DNA of 64,000 bases, from contig VRMN01000018.1 of NCBI GenBank assembly GCA_008690995.1, forward strand, positions 62,001 through 126,000, in the 5' to 3' direction. Source of the stretch: Porphyridium purpureum. Taxonomy: Eukaryota. The notes below the pieces were generated by a model. That model did not search any database, was not told the origin of the DNA, and worked only from the letters and a program-made list of their open reading frames with translations. Positions 44,084 through 53,544 of this stretch are shown piece after piece. The position numbers and the translations under genes are program-made. Every line of letters starts with the position of its first letter. The stretch's first letter is position 1.

Positions 44084-44263
44084 TTTGTACCATAAATATA
44101 TGAACATGAATGACGATCCGCGCTGTGGTTGGCACTCGCGGCGCACGCAAGAGATCCCTGCTTCAACGAGAGCTCGCACGAAACGCGTTTGGCAAAGGGA
44201 TCCAATGCTCTTCTGAAGAGTCGCAAGTTCAAGCGAGCTCCAATTTTCGATCTGGCGCCATGC

Positions 44264-44761
44264 TCAATTGATTATCGGGCTGGTCACGAGGCACGCAGAT
44301 CGCTGGAGCTCGTACGCGGCAGATGGTTCCAGGCGGGCGTAATAGTTTGGGATGGTTTTCGCGACATGGAATCCCCGCTTTGTGTAAAAATCCATGGCCT
44401 CATCATTGTCTTGTTGCACGTGCAGGTACATGCTCTCTGCGCCTAGTTGCTCTGCGAGCTCGACCGCACGACTCAGCAGCATTCCACCTATCCCTCTACC
44501 TCGGTACGCCGCCGCCACGCCCAGCACTGCGACATACAACCGAGGCGCGCGCTCGCCCTTCTCCTCCGCGCAGCAACACAACGCCCCGACCACACGACGT
44601 GCGTGGCTCACAAGCTGCGCGCTCGCCGGTCGCGCCGCACAGCCGTCCAGCACTCGCTGGTACAAGCTCTCTGCAAACCGCACCGGAAACACTCCCGCGT
44701 TGAACGCGCGAAGCTCGTGCACATTCTGCCTGGTCACCGCTCGCCACTCCAGCTCGTCCAT
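44264..44761 (-). CDS. NAA50: N-alpha-acetyltransferase NAA50-like (GNAT)
   Basis: FPVRF, LYVAVLGV..YRGRGIG, YLHVQ..N..A..FY..GF and NYY motifs. Confidence 0.85.
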   Translation of the reverse strand: MDELEWRAVTRQNVHELRAFNAGVFPVRFAESLYQRVLDGCAARPASAQLVSHARRVVGALCCCAEEKGERAPRLYVAVLGVAAAYRGRGIGGMLLSRAVELAEQLGAESMYLHVQQDNDEAMDFYTKRGFHVAKTIPNYYARLEPSAAYELQRSACLVTSPIIN

Positions 44762-45163
44762 CGCCTCCCTTCTCCTCTCGCCATGGCCCCTTCCCACACC
44801 CGCCATCCCCTTCACACCCCAACCGCAGCACACTTCCTTTCGCGCCATTTTTCCTCTTCCGGTTCCTAGGGTTCGTGCTTCGCGTACTGTAAGCTCCTCC
44901 TTCACTAAGGTACACTTCTGCACACGGTCGCACTGTACCGTCTATTTACTTAATTAAGTGTCTGTCATCATAAATAATAATGATAAAAAGGTACAGTGCG
45001 CAAGCGTGTGTGTTCACGCCCACCAAGCTTGATGCAGTGTACCCATGAGGTACTGTTCGGGGGATGTTGCGGCTGCTTGCGGAGGAGGCGGGTTGTGGTG
45101 GGGGAGAGAGGGAAGGTGGATGTTGGGTTGAGGCGGGAGGTGGCGGGTGATGAGTGATGGGCG

Positions 45164-46099
45164 ATGGGTGAGGTTGGAAGAGGACAGGTGGTGGACGATC
45201 TGGTGCCGATTCGGCTGGACATTACAGTGGATGGAGTGAGGTACGTGGACGCGTTTTCGTGGGGGTTTGAAGGAGATGACCGCGTCACGCCCGAGGCGTT
45301 TGCCAAGCTGCTCGTCCGCGACGAGAATCTCAGTGACGCGTTTGGCCCGAGAATTGCGCTCGCGATAAAGCAGCAGCTGCACGACTTTGTTCCGTTCGAT
45401 TTTGATCGAGCGCAGGAGTTGGTCTCGGGGGCGGGCGGGCGATTGGGCGCCGCAATCACAAACCATGCAGGCGCGGCGAAAAAGGGGCGCGGTGATCCAG
45501 ACACCCTTCACGACGCGGGAGCCAGCGACACACAGCTCGATCAGCTGGCGCTACCGAGGCAGGAGAATGTGCAGGTCGTGAGCATTGATTTACGCATGGG
45601 CCGCATCATTCTGCGTGACCAGTTCGAATGGGACATTCTCAATCACGAAAACTGCCCCGAGTCCTTTGCGACACAGCTGTGCGCCGACCTGGGCTTGCCC
45701 TCAGAGTATGTGTCGAATATGGCATGCGGGCTGCGCGAGCAGCTCTACTCCCTCCGCTTCTCGCCAGACGGACTCCGCCATAGCACTTACGCGCGCGACC
45801 TCGATACAACTGGCGTGCTTCGCAGTCTGGCAGACACCGCAAACTGGCAGCCGACTGTGGAGTGCCTCAGCAAGGAAGACGTGGAGCGCGTCGAGCGCCG
45901 CGAAATTCGCGAAGCGCGGCTCAATCGCAGGAACCGCGGTCGGAGCGATTTTGATGCCAGCCCGCGCTTTCTGGCTGCAGGATTAGGTGGTACCGATTCA
46001 ATTGCAGCCCGCATGGCGGGTCTCCGGCGTCCAACTCCTGGTGACAGCGATCCGGATGAACCCTCGAGCTCCCGGCGCTCGCGCAAAAGGCGCCATTAA
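45164..46099 (+). CDS. SNF5: SWI/SNF subunit SNF5/SMARCB1
   Basis: LVPIRLD...DAFSW...TPEAFA (repeat 1), DQFEWDI...PESFA..LCADLGL (repeat 2) and W.P..E.LS coiled coil. Confidence 0.93.
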   Translation: MGEVGRGQVVDDLVPIRLDITVDGVRYVDAFSWGFEGDDRVTPEAFAKLLVRDENLSDAFGPRIALAIKQQLHDFVPFDFDRAQELVSGAGGRLGAAITNHAGAAKKGRGDPDTLHDAGASDTQLDQLALPRQENVQVVSIDLRMGRIILRDQFEWDILNHENCPESFATQLCADLGLPSEYVSNMACGLREQLYSLRFSPDGLRHSTYARDLDTTGVLRSLADTANWQPTVECLSKEDVERVERREIREARLNRRNRGRSDFDASPRFLAAGLGGTDSIAARMAGLRRPTPGDSDPDEPSSSRRSRKRRH

Positions 46100-46238
46100 T
46101 AGGTTGAAACGAAATGTATTTTAAAGGTTGGGTTGTACGCGGTACGTGTCGAAAGAGTAGCCAACCATCCCGAGCGCCGCGAACGCGGGGCCCAAGATGT
46201 CGGTCGCTCCTCCTTGCGACAGCATGCGCACTGTCGTC

Positions 46239-47354
46239 ATGGCGTTTGGCACGGTGCCTTTTGCCCCGGCGGCTGCGAAAAAGGCCTTCCCAACGTCCAG
46301 ACAGAACGTGCCAAGCGCGAGAACGTACGCGCGGCGGAAAAAGAACGCCGTGCACAAGGGTTGCGTGGTAGCGGCGGTGGGAAATGAGAATGGTATCGGT
46401 GCGAAGGACGGTGACCCTGGCTCTGGTGGCGATGACTCGTACTTGAGCCAACTTTCTGCATCGACCCGTGTCGAGAATGGAACTGATATTGAGCGTGGCT
46501 TGCGTGACGAAGCTTTGAATGTGGATACACCATTGCGGACCAAAGAAATGCAGCGCATGCTAAAAAGCCGACTGGCAGAGTACCAGACTCGGATGCTAAT
46601 GACGCCCGGCAGAAGCGTCCTGGTGATTGTGCAAGGCTACGGATTTTCAGGCAAGGCGTCTTCGATACGAGCCATGAGCAATGGTATGAATCCCTCTGGT
46701 GTGACAGTGACTTCATTCGGAGTCCCTGTGGACGAGGAGCTCGACTTCAATTTCCTGTGGCGCTACCACCGCGCTGCACCACGCGCCGGACAAGTGGCAT
46801 TTTGGAATCGATCGTACTTTGAAGATGTCGTGACGGCGTCGGTCAAGGGACTCGTGAGTGACGCTCAAGCGCGCAAGCGCTGCGAGATGATCAACGAATT
46901 TGAGAAGATTCTGGAGCGGAACGGAACTGCCATTCTAAAGGTGTTCCTGAATGTCAGTCTCGAGACTCTGTTCGACCGCGTCGAGGCGCGTGCTGCGGAT
47001 CCACGCTCGGCGTTCTTGTCGAGTCCCGAGCATCTGGACAAGCTCACGAAGCACGCCGAGTATCGCGAGCGGTGGAAACGAGCGATTGCGGCGACCAGCA
47101 CACCGCAAGCCAGATGGCACATAGTCCCATCGGATGAGCCAGAGGTGCGGGACCTTGCGTGCCTCCGCCTGCTTCTGGACCTGCTAGAGCGGCACGTGCC
47201 GCCTGTCAGCGGGAAGCAGCAGGCCATTACGTTTGGCAGCAGCGAGAGCAGCGGCTTTGATGAAAGCAAGCTGCGCGAGCCGGTCGAGTTTGCTCCTTCT
47301 CAAGCTGCTGTGCACGCGGTGCACGCGCAGCGCGTTCTGGACCGGCACGCGTGA
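46239..47354 (+). CDS. PPK2: Polyphosphate kinase 2 (class III-like) homolog with a putative plastid transit peptide
   Basis: VLVIVQG....GK, MNPSG, F..P..EEL...FLWRY, NRSYFEDV, INEFE and TST..A.WHIVPSD; MAFG.. N-terminal extension (alternative starts 46197/46224). Confidence 0.85.
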   Translation: MAFGTVPFAPAAAKKAFPTSRQNVPSARTYARRKKNAVHKGCVVAAVGNENGIGAKDGDPGSGGDDSYLSQLSASTRVENGTDIERGLRDEALNVDTPLRTKEMQRMLKSRLAEYQTRMLMTPGRSVLVIVQGYGFSGKASSIRAMSNGMNPSGVTVTSFGVPVDEELDFNFLWRYHRAAPRAGQVAFWNRSYFEDVVTASVKGLVSDAQARKRCEMINEFEKILERNGTAILKVFLNVSLETLFDRVEARAADPRSAFLSSPEHLDKLTKHAEYRERWKRAIAATSTPQARWHIVPSDEPEVRDLACLRLLLDLLERHVPPVSGKQQAITFGSSESSGFDESKLREPVEFAPSQAAVHAVHAQRVLDRHA

Positions 47355-47389
47355 GCACCAGCTGCACGCGTGAGCACCAGCTGCACGCG
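47346..47389. repeat. Perfect 19-bp tandem duplication (CACGCGTGAGCACCAGCTG x2.3) across the PPK2 stop codon
   Basis: Directly visible. Confidence 0.9.
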
Positions 47390-47570
47390 ACATTTTCAAC
47401 TTTCAGCCGAATTCGGGTCTATAATAAAACAGGCTCCTTTTATAGGAAAGGAGGCTGGTCTAGGGTTTGTTAGGGTTGGCGAGTCGCTGATAGTGGCGAG
47501 ACGCGCGTGTGCGTTCGGTGCCGAAGGGGAGACGCGCGGGAAGAAGAAGCAACGAAGGGAGCACGGCACA

Positions 47571-48716
47571 ATGGTGAAGTATATAGTGAATTTGAACATC
47601 ACGAACCTGCCCATGCACGGGCTGATTGCGACGAGGCTGCCGCAAGTCATTGCGTACGAGCGGACGGATCAGACCGCATGGAAAGAGCTAGGTAAGACAG
47701 AGGTCGCGCCAAACCCGGTGAACCCGCGCTTCATCAAGTATTTCGTGTTTGACGACCGGCACATTAACACCACGCATCTCAAGTTCGAGATTGTCTCCGT
47801 GGATACAAAGAACTTGTTCAAGGGCAAGAAGACCCTCGGCGAGACGCGTGTCAGTCTGCGCGGAGTCATTGAGCTGGCCATGGCAGAGAACGCGCGCGAC
47901 GACGCAGAGGCGTTCAAATACCCGAGCATATTTGCGGCTGAAGCACCAAAGGGGCCGGAGGAGCTCCGAGCGGAGGACCCGGTGGAACTGGCGCCGCAAG
48001 TGCATGTTCTTGCGCAAGAAATCAACTTCATCCAGCAGTCGAATTTGTGGTTTGACGTGCTCATCCATGGCCTCGGGCTGCATTCAAGCGGCCTGCGGTA
48101 CGTCCTGTCGCGCCTGTACAAGTGGAATACGAATGTGAAAATCCCATTGTACGCGAGTGAAATCCACGCCGGGAAAGGTGCGTTCCAGCGGGCGAACATT
48201 CCGTCGGTCGTGCTCGTGGATGGACTGAACACGTACCTGCACCTGGCTGTGTTCGATGTCAACAATGACGGGCGCACGGGGAAAAAAGTGGGCGAGATCG
48301 TGGCGCCGATTCTGGCGCTTCTTGAAATCGACGTCAATGATAAGCGCCCGATGTGGCACGACGACATCCACGTGACCGTCACGGAGGGGCAGCTGCGTCT
48401 GACTCAAAACCACATTGACGCCAACATTATCCATCTGCAGTTCGCTGTCAACTACTTTGCCGGCGAGCTCAGGCAAGACCGCGCCATTGCGCGACGTATC
48501 TCCAACCAGCTGAGCAAACCGCTTGGCGTGGTCCGCAAATCTGCGGCCGAGCCCAAACAAATTGGCGCGGGCGCGCAACTGCACGAGCCTCCAGTCCCGG
48601 CGGTATCTCGCAGTCACAGCACCCATTTATCTGAAAGCTCGGCCAGGGTTCCGCCAAGCGCCCAAGGCAGCTCTGCTGCTTCACCTAGGGGGTATACCGG
48701 ACCAGGCGTCGAATAG
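47571..48716 (+). CDS. Copine-like tandem C2-domain protein
   Basis: WKELGKTEV...NPRF and LKFEIV.VD...LGE (C2A-like); second C2-like region (LYASE...LAVFD...VGE); no vWA domain. Confidence 0.6.
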   Translation: MVKYIVNLNITNLPMHGLIATRLPQVIAYERTDQTAWKELGKTEVAPNPVNPRFIKYFVFDDRHINTTHLKFEIVSVDTKNLFKGKKTLGETRVSLRGVIELAMAENARDDAEAFKYPSIFAAEAPKGPEELRAEDPVELAPQVHVLAQEINFIQQSNLWFDVLIHGLGLHSSGLRYVLSRLYKWNTNVKIPLYASEIHAGKGAFQRANIPSVVLVDGLNTYLHLAVFDVNNDGRTGKKVGEIVAPILALLEIDVNDKRPMWHDDIHVTVTEGQLRLTQNHIDANIIHLQFAVNYFAGELRQDRAIARRISNQLSKPLGVVRKSAAEPKQIGAGAQLHEPPVPAVSRSHSTHLSESSARVPPSAQGSSAASPRGYTGPGVE

Positions 48717-48867
48717 TAGAGATCGCGGCGCCATGTGACTCCGCACGTACCTCACCAACTCACTCAAACACGCACACATAAAAATCCTCGTGTCTCTTCT
48801 GGTGCATCGGCTTGCAGCAGCTAAGCCGCGCGCACAGGGAAGGGAAGCAGGGGCAAGGGAGACGAAA

Positions 48868-50178
48868 ATGGGGGATGAAGTGGATTCGGTCGAGTCCTCT
48901 CCGGCGGAGAGAGCGGCGACAGATGGCGACGAAACGGTCGAGGCACTACTTGCATCCACCGAGCTGTTTGCGCGGGTCGCGCCCGCGGACTTGCGCGCGC
49001 TGGCGAGCTTGATGGAGAAGCGCGTGTTCCATCGCAACGAAATGATGCTTGCGCAAGGCCAGTGCGCCGATCGATTCTTCTTTCTCATGGATGGGGACAT
49101 AAAGCGCACACGGGTGATGGAGGATGGCACGGAGAAGAATGTCAAGTTCGACATGCAGGCGCGCACCATTAATAGTATGCACATAGTCGCAGGTGATAAG
49201 GTCTTTGCGTCGGTATCGTGCGTGTCGGACGAGTGTCACGTGTACGAGATGATGCGCGGGCCGCTACTGGCGCTGCTGGAGCAGCGGCCTCAAATTCAGG
49301 CGCAAATGATCGGCAGTGTGTGTCGCGAGTTGCGGCGCGGCTCACGCAAGTTTGCCACGCCGCTTCTTGAGCAGCATGGGAAAGAGATCAATGTGCCGGC
49401 GGTGACCGTGGCGGCCACCATGGAGAGCTACTACCGCAGCGCGCTCAACTCACTACTGAACGCGCGCCTCACAGGCGTGCAGGCGGAGCTGTTCCCCAAC
49501 ATGCACGTCCAGGTGCCTGTACGCGTCATGTACATCAACGGATTCAAGGGACTGCGCACGCTGTTTGACCGCCATGTGGACGCGAATGCGTACGAATACC
49601 CAACGATGGTTCGACTCGCAACGGCCGTCGCGCCGGGCATCATCATGACACCCATCTCGAGTATTCTAGAGGCAAGCAATGCCGGACACTCGAATCCGGA
49701 AGCCATGACGACGCGCTGGATGCGAGGCGTGTTGCCACGTGGACTGCGCGAGATCATCTTCGGTGTGGGATTGAATCAACTGAGCGAGTTTTTTGAAGAA
49801 CGGATCCTGCCAGTGGTTGAAGGTAACACAGTTCTTGCAAATGCGGGTGGAAGTCTTTGCGCTGGCGTTGTTTCGGGCTATTTGAGCCACGTCCCGCACA
49901 ACTTATCTACATATAAGCTCATGAGCCCGCACAAGGGATATCGAGAGCTTTACCGCTTCTTTGTCGATAAGAGCGTGCCTGCCGCGGTAGATAACGTGGT
50001 CGCAGACTGGCATCCGACTGCGCGAACGGTAGCGCGGTCTTTCTTTGCCACTGTCTTTCCGCGAGGTGTGGTGATTCGTACCGCTCAAATCGTGGGCTCG
50101 TTCGCCATTTTGAATGGAATCATTAATATTATCCAGACACAGGAGTACCGCAAGTATTACTCCCAGAAGGAGACTTAG
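48868..50178 (+). CDS. Cyclic-nucleotide-binding-domain protein with a mitochondrial-carrier-like membrane C-half
   Basis: ELFARV...LA..MEKRVF..NEMMLAQG...DRFFFLMDG (cNMP fold); C-half TM repeats PGIIMTPISS, RGVLPRGLREIIFG and AGVVSGYLSHVP. Confidence 0.7.
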   Translation: MGDEVDSVESSPAERAATDGDETVEALLASTELFARVAPADLRALASLMEKRVFHRNEMMLAQGQCADRFFFLMDGDIKRTRVMEDGTEKNVKFDMQARTINSMHIVAGDKVFASVSCVSDECHVYEMMRGPLLALLEQRPQIQAQMIGSVCRELRRGSRKFATPLLEQHGKEINVPAVTVAATMESYYRSALNSLLNARLTGVQAELFPNMHVQVPVRVMYINGFKGLRTLFDRHVDANAYEYPTMVRLATAVAPGIIMTPISSILEASNAGHSNPEAMTTRWMRGVLPRGLREIIFGVGLNQLSEFFEERILPVVEGNTVLANAGGSLCAGVVSGYLSHVPHNLSTYKLMSPHKGYRELYRFFVDKSVPAAVDNVVADWHPTARTVARSFFATVFPRGVVIRTAQIVGSFAILNGIINIIQTQEYRKYYSQKET

Positions 50179-50948
50179 CTCAGGCATGTGGTGATCACAG
50201 CTATACAGGCAAATCCGTGAACTTTGCGACGATTGATCGAAAAGCTAATTTTTCTTTCTTGTGCGAAACAGCCTGTAAATGTTTTGGTTCAACGCTCAGA
50301 TCTTGCGGACCGACAGAGGAGCTTCCACCGCACATCCTCGCTCCTTCTCTCCAGTCTGCTTATTGCCATCTGGCTCCAGATCTTGAAGACGAGATCTTTC
50401 GCTTGGTGGCTTATTGCATCAATTGACTGACCTTCTGACCTTGAAACCCATACCCGGCATGTCGCTCAACACTCTCGAAATTCAACTCGTCCCCTTGTAC
50501 CGAATCGAAGGCGCCCGGATCATGACAAAAGAAGACGTCAAGAGGATTCAGAAGCACCATCTACAGACAATTGGATTGAGCCAGCCTTGTCCCCGCATTG
50601 ACGGGTGAACACGATTTCACCCTTTCAGATATACACTTGAACCCGTGAGAAGAACAATGTCGCTCCTTATTGACATGGGGCACATTGGCTGCTCCTTCCG
50701 AGCCTGTGACGACGCGCCTTGTGACGAACGGTAACAAGACTTGGCTCAACGCTCTCGAGCCTTGTCAGGTCGATGCTTTCGGCCGTCAGTGAGGAAGCAA
50801 CACCGAGAATATCAGAAAGCCTGCTCAGAATCGTGAATTTGGACGACTCTTGCTTCCCGCATCAACAGCCGCACAGGTGGGTCTTCACACCTCTTCACCC
50901 GCGATGCCAAATGACGGCTTGACGAAAAGAGCCGCGAACTTCTCTCAC

Positions 50949-52778
50949 CTACGGTGACTGCGGCGCAGAATTGGAGCCCGTTGAGGAGCTTCCAGAACTA
51001 CTGTTGGACCCGCTCTCGAGGTCGGATCCGGTATCGCTTCCGGAACTGCTGCCGCTCTCCGAGCCTGACGACGAGCCCGACGACGACGACGACGTGTCTT
51101 CAAATGCAGCAGGTGCTTGCGGCTGCTCAGAGGACCTGGCGGCTAGACCTTGCTCGCGCCGGAAAGTGTCGTCATTCACGTCAGCGCCCAGTTTACGCGC
51201 CAGCAAATTCTCATAGTGGTCGATTTGACTTAACACCTGCGCCAAGGTTTTCTTCTTGAGTGCGCCCTTGCGCCGCGCGAGCACGCCATCCGCGTACGCC
51301 TCCATTTCGCGTAGCGTCAGGTCGTCGAGCTTGTCGATATCCAGCTCAATCTCCTCATTCTGGTTCACTTCTGCCTGCCCCGCGCGATTGCTTGCGATTT
51401 GAATAAGTTTTGCGAGCTTGTCCTCCATCAGCGTTTGCAGCCTTTGAATATTCTCGCTCAGCCTGCGCTTCTCTTCATAGTTCATCGGCGTGACCTGCGT
51501 AATTTTGGGCGTGGCGAGCGGACTCCAGCGAGGCGATCCAGCCGGAAGCGCACGCATGCTTTCCAGCGTCAGCTTCTGGCTAGTTAGTTGCGCAAGAAAT
51601 TCGCGCACCTCGTGCGGAGTCATTTTCTCGTCCTTGCCGCTCTTACGCGGTACTTTCTCCTTCTTCCCAGAGCCAATGTCCAGTTTGGGCCGGGACACGC
51701 GGTGCGATGTTGACGACCTCGGCCGGGACTCGTCGTCGCGAAAGCCTCGGGGCCCCTTTCTGTTTCTGTTCCGGTGGTGTGATGATGATTTTTGCTCCAC
51801 AATGGCGTCCACTTCAGGCAAGTTCAGGAAGCGATGCTCAAAGAGGTCGAGAAGTTTGCGAGCAGTTTCGTAGTACAGGTCACCAGGTTTGTTGTACAGC
51901 ATCGCGTTTCGAAAAATAGTGCGCATATCTTCCGCGTACGCCGCGTAGTCAAAGTCGCGTCCAAGCTCTCCAGTTTCTGGATTGAGCTCCTCAGAATCGC
52001 ACGCGTACACACCCGCTTCTAAGTTTTCCCGCACAGTTCTCAGGTCCATGCACTTTTTCACGGTGTCAAAGTAACCCGGCAGGGCTTCAACAGGCCAAAG
52101 CTCTGTGATGGGTGCCATGAATGGCACGCATTCCTTATTGCGCATGAACTCACGCACCAGTCGCAAGCAGAACTGGTACCGAACGCGTTTGGAGCCGGGC
52201 GGAACCGTCTTCGGTTTTGGTGGCGGCATCGGCTCGACCTCAGCAGCAAACGGGAAGGGAGATCCGGGAGAAAGCAGAGTAGGCGAGTTGCGCAGTCGAG
52301 GCGACGGGCTCCGCAGTCTCCCACTCGTACGGTGCGGCAGCGGACTGCCCGCACGCGAAGCGTCGCGCTCTCTAACAAAGCTTGGGTCATTGATCGCTCC
52401 ACGCACGGGCTCAAGATACCACTTGACGTCCTTATTCCTTTGACCCATCCGCCGCAGCCGATCCTGCGTAAGGCGGAACACGTCCTGCTCCACGACGAGG
52501 CGCAACTGGCACGTATCAAGCTCTCGCAGCTTGCTGAGCAGTTCACGGCGGCGCTTGGCAATCGGCTCGCTCGGCTCGTCAGAATGTTCCGCCACTCCGC
52601 AAGCGCCTACATCTTTTCCACGACCGAGCTTGAGCTCCTCACCTGGTGCAGGCACGACAACATTCACCCCTTCCGAAATCAGCTGCGGTAACTCATGCAG
52701 TGCTGCCGCGGCCGGTTTATCCGTCACATCCACAAACCCTGCCGGCAGCGTTGCCGGCGCGCCGCGGTGCTCAACCAT
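50949..52778 (-). CDS. BET-family single bromodomain + ET domain protein (GTE/Bdf-like)
   Basis: PF..P...LPGYFD.VK..MDL.TV...L...IFRNAMLYN; ET domain MNYEEKRRLS..I...EIELDIDKLD..TLRE; Ser-rich tail. Confidence 0.92.
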   Translation of the reverse strand: MVEHRGAPATLPAGFVDVTDKPAAAALHELPQLISEGVNVVVPAPGEELKLGRGKDVGACGVAEHSDEPSEPIAKRRRELLSKLRELDTCQLRLVVEQDVFRLTQDRLRRMGQRNKDVKWYLEPVRGAINDPSFVRERDASRAGSPLPHRTSGRLRSPSPRLRNSPTLLSPGSPFPFAAEVEPMPPPKPKTVPPGSKRVRYQFCLRLVREFMRNKECVPFMAPITELWPVEALPGYFDTVKKCMDLRTVRENLEAGVYACDSEELNPETGELGRDFDYAAYAEDMRTIFRNAMLYNKPGDLYYETARKLLDLFEHRFLNLPEVDAIVEQKSSSHHRNRNRKGPRGFRDDESRPRSSTSHRVSRPKLDIGSGKKEKVPRKSGKDEKMTPHEVREFLAQLTSQKLTLESMRALPAGSPRWSPLATPKITQVTPMNYEEKRRLSENIQRLQTLMEDKLAKLIQIASNRAGQAEVNQNEEIELDIDKLDDLTLREMEAYADGVLARRKGALKKKTLAQVLSQIDHYENLLARKLGADVNDDTFRREQGLAARSSEQPQAPAAFEDTSSSSSGSSSGSESGSSSGSDTGSDLESGSNSSSGSSSTGSNSAPQSP

Positions 52779-52994
52779 GGTCCACAAGGGAGCCTTGTCC
52801 TTCCTTTCACCGCTCCTCGCCCCGCCACGTGCGAGAGCGCGCGCAAACCCGCTCGCCTAAGTGCTCCAACACTCGGAACACATGTCGCCCTGGCCTCCGA
52901 ACCTTTTCTCGCAGCCTGCTTGTCGCCGGCGTTTGGCGCGTAGGCCGTTCGTGGGAGGCGGTGAAGTTTGTTCGACGTGCACGCGGTGGACAGA

Positions 52995-53243
52995 ATGCAG
53001 CAGCACGGCGTGCAAAACGACGAGGAGCGTGACCTTGTTGATCAGTTTGGCTGCGGCGCCATATACTTTGCATTGGAGGAATGCATGGGAGAGAATGACC
53101 GGGTGTGGAGTGCGTGTCAAGCGCAGGTCAAGGCGTTGCGAGAGTGCTATGAAAATGCGGCAGTGAGCGAGACGCAAAAGACGGGCGCTGGACAGAGGAA
53201 AGATGGTCTGAGCGACATGTCATCGAGGGCACCTGGAAATTAA
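52995..53243 (+). CDS. Twin CX9C mitochondrial protein, COA4-like
   Basis: GCGAIYFALEECMGENDRVWSACQAQVKALRECY (CX9C...W..CX9C). Confidence 0.8.
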   Translation: MQQHGVQNDEERDLVDQFGCGAIYFALEECMGENDRVWSACQAQVKALRECYENAAVSETQKTGAGQRKDGLSDMSSRAPGN

Positions 53244-53544
53244 AAGGGAGGATTAAAATTCAGTCAACCTGGCTGCCGGATGGGACGAAAGATGTGCTTT
53301 CAGATTGACGTACGGATGCCGGTCGAAAGTTTTATTCATACGAAAGCGGCGTCAACTCGCGTCCATCCACGAGCGTAGGACGCGAAGAATCGCAAAGTCC
53401 TGCTCAAGGTTCTCGGCCTTGCTCGGCCTTTCTTTGGAGCCTTTTGATGGCATTCTTGTTCACGTATGGATAGGCCCCGACAAATCTGGCCATGAGTCGC
53501 AGAACAGAACAGGGATAAAAGAAAAAGTGGCAAGAACGAAAGAA

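Noticed and set aside
50179..50948. Short ORFs in the convergent spacer
   Set aside because: All are under 70 aa with no motifs; cannot be supported as genes.
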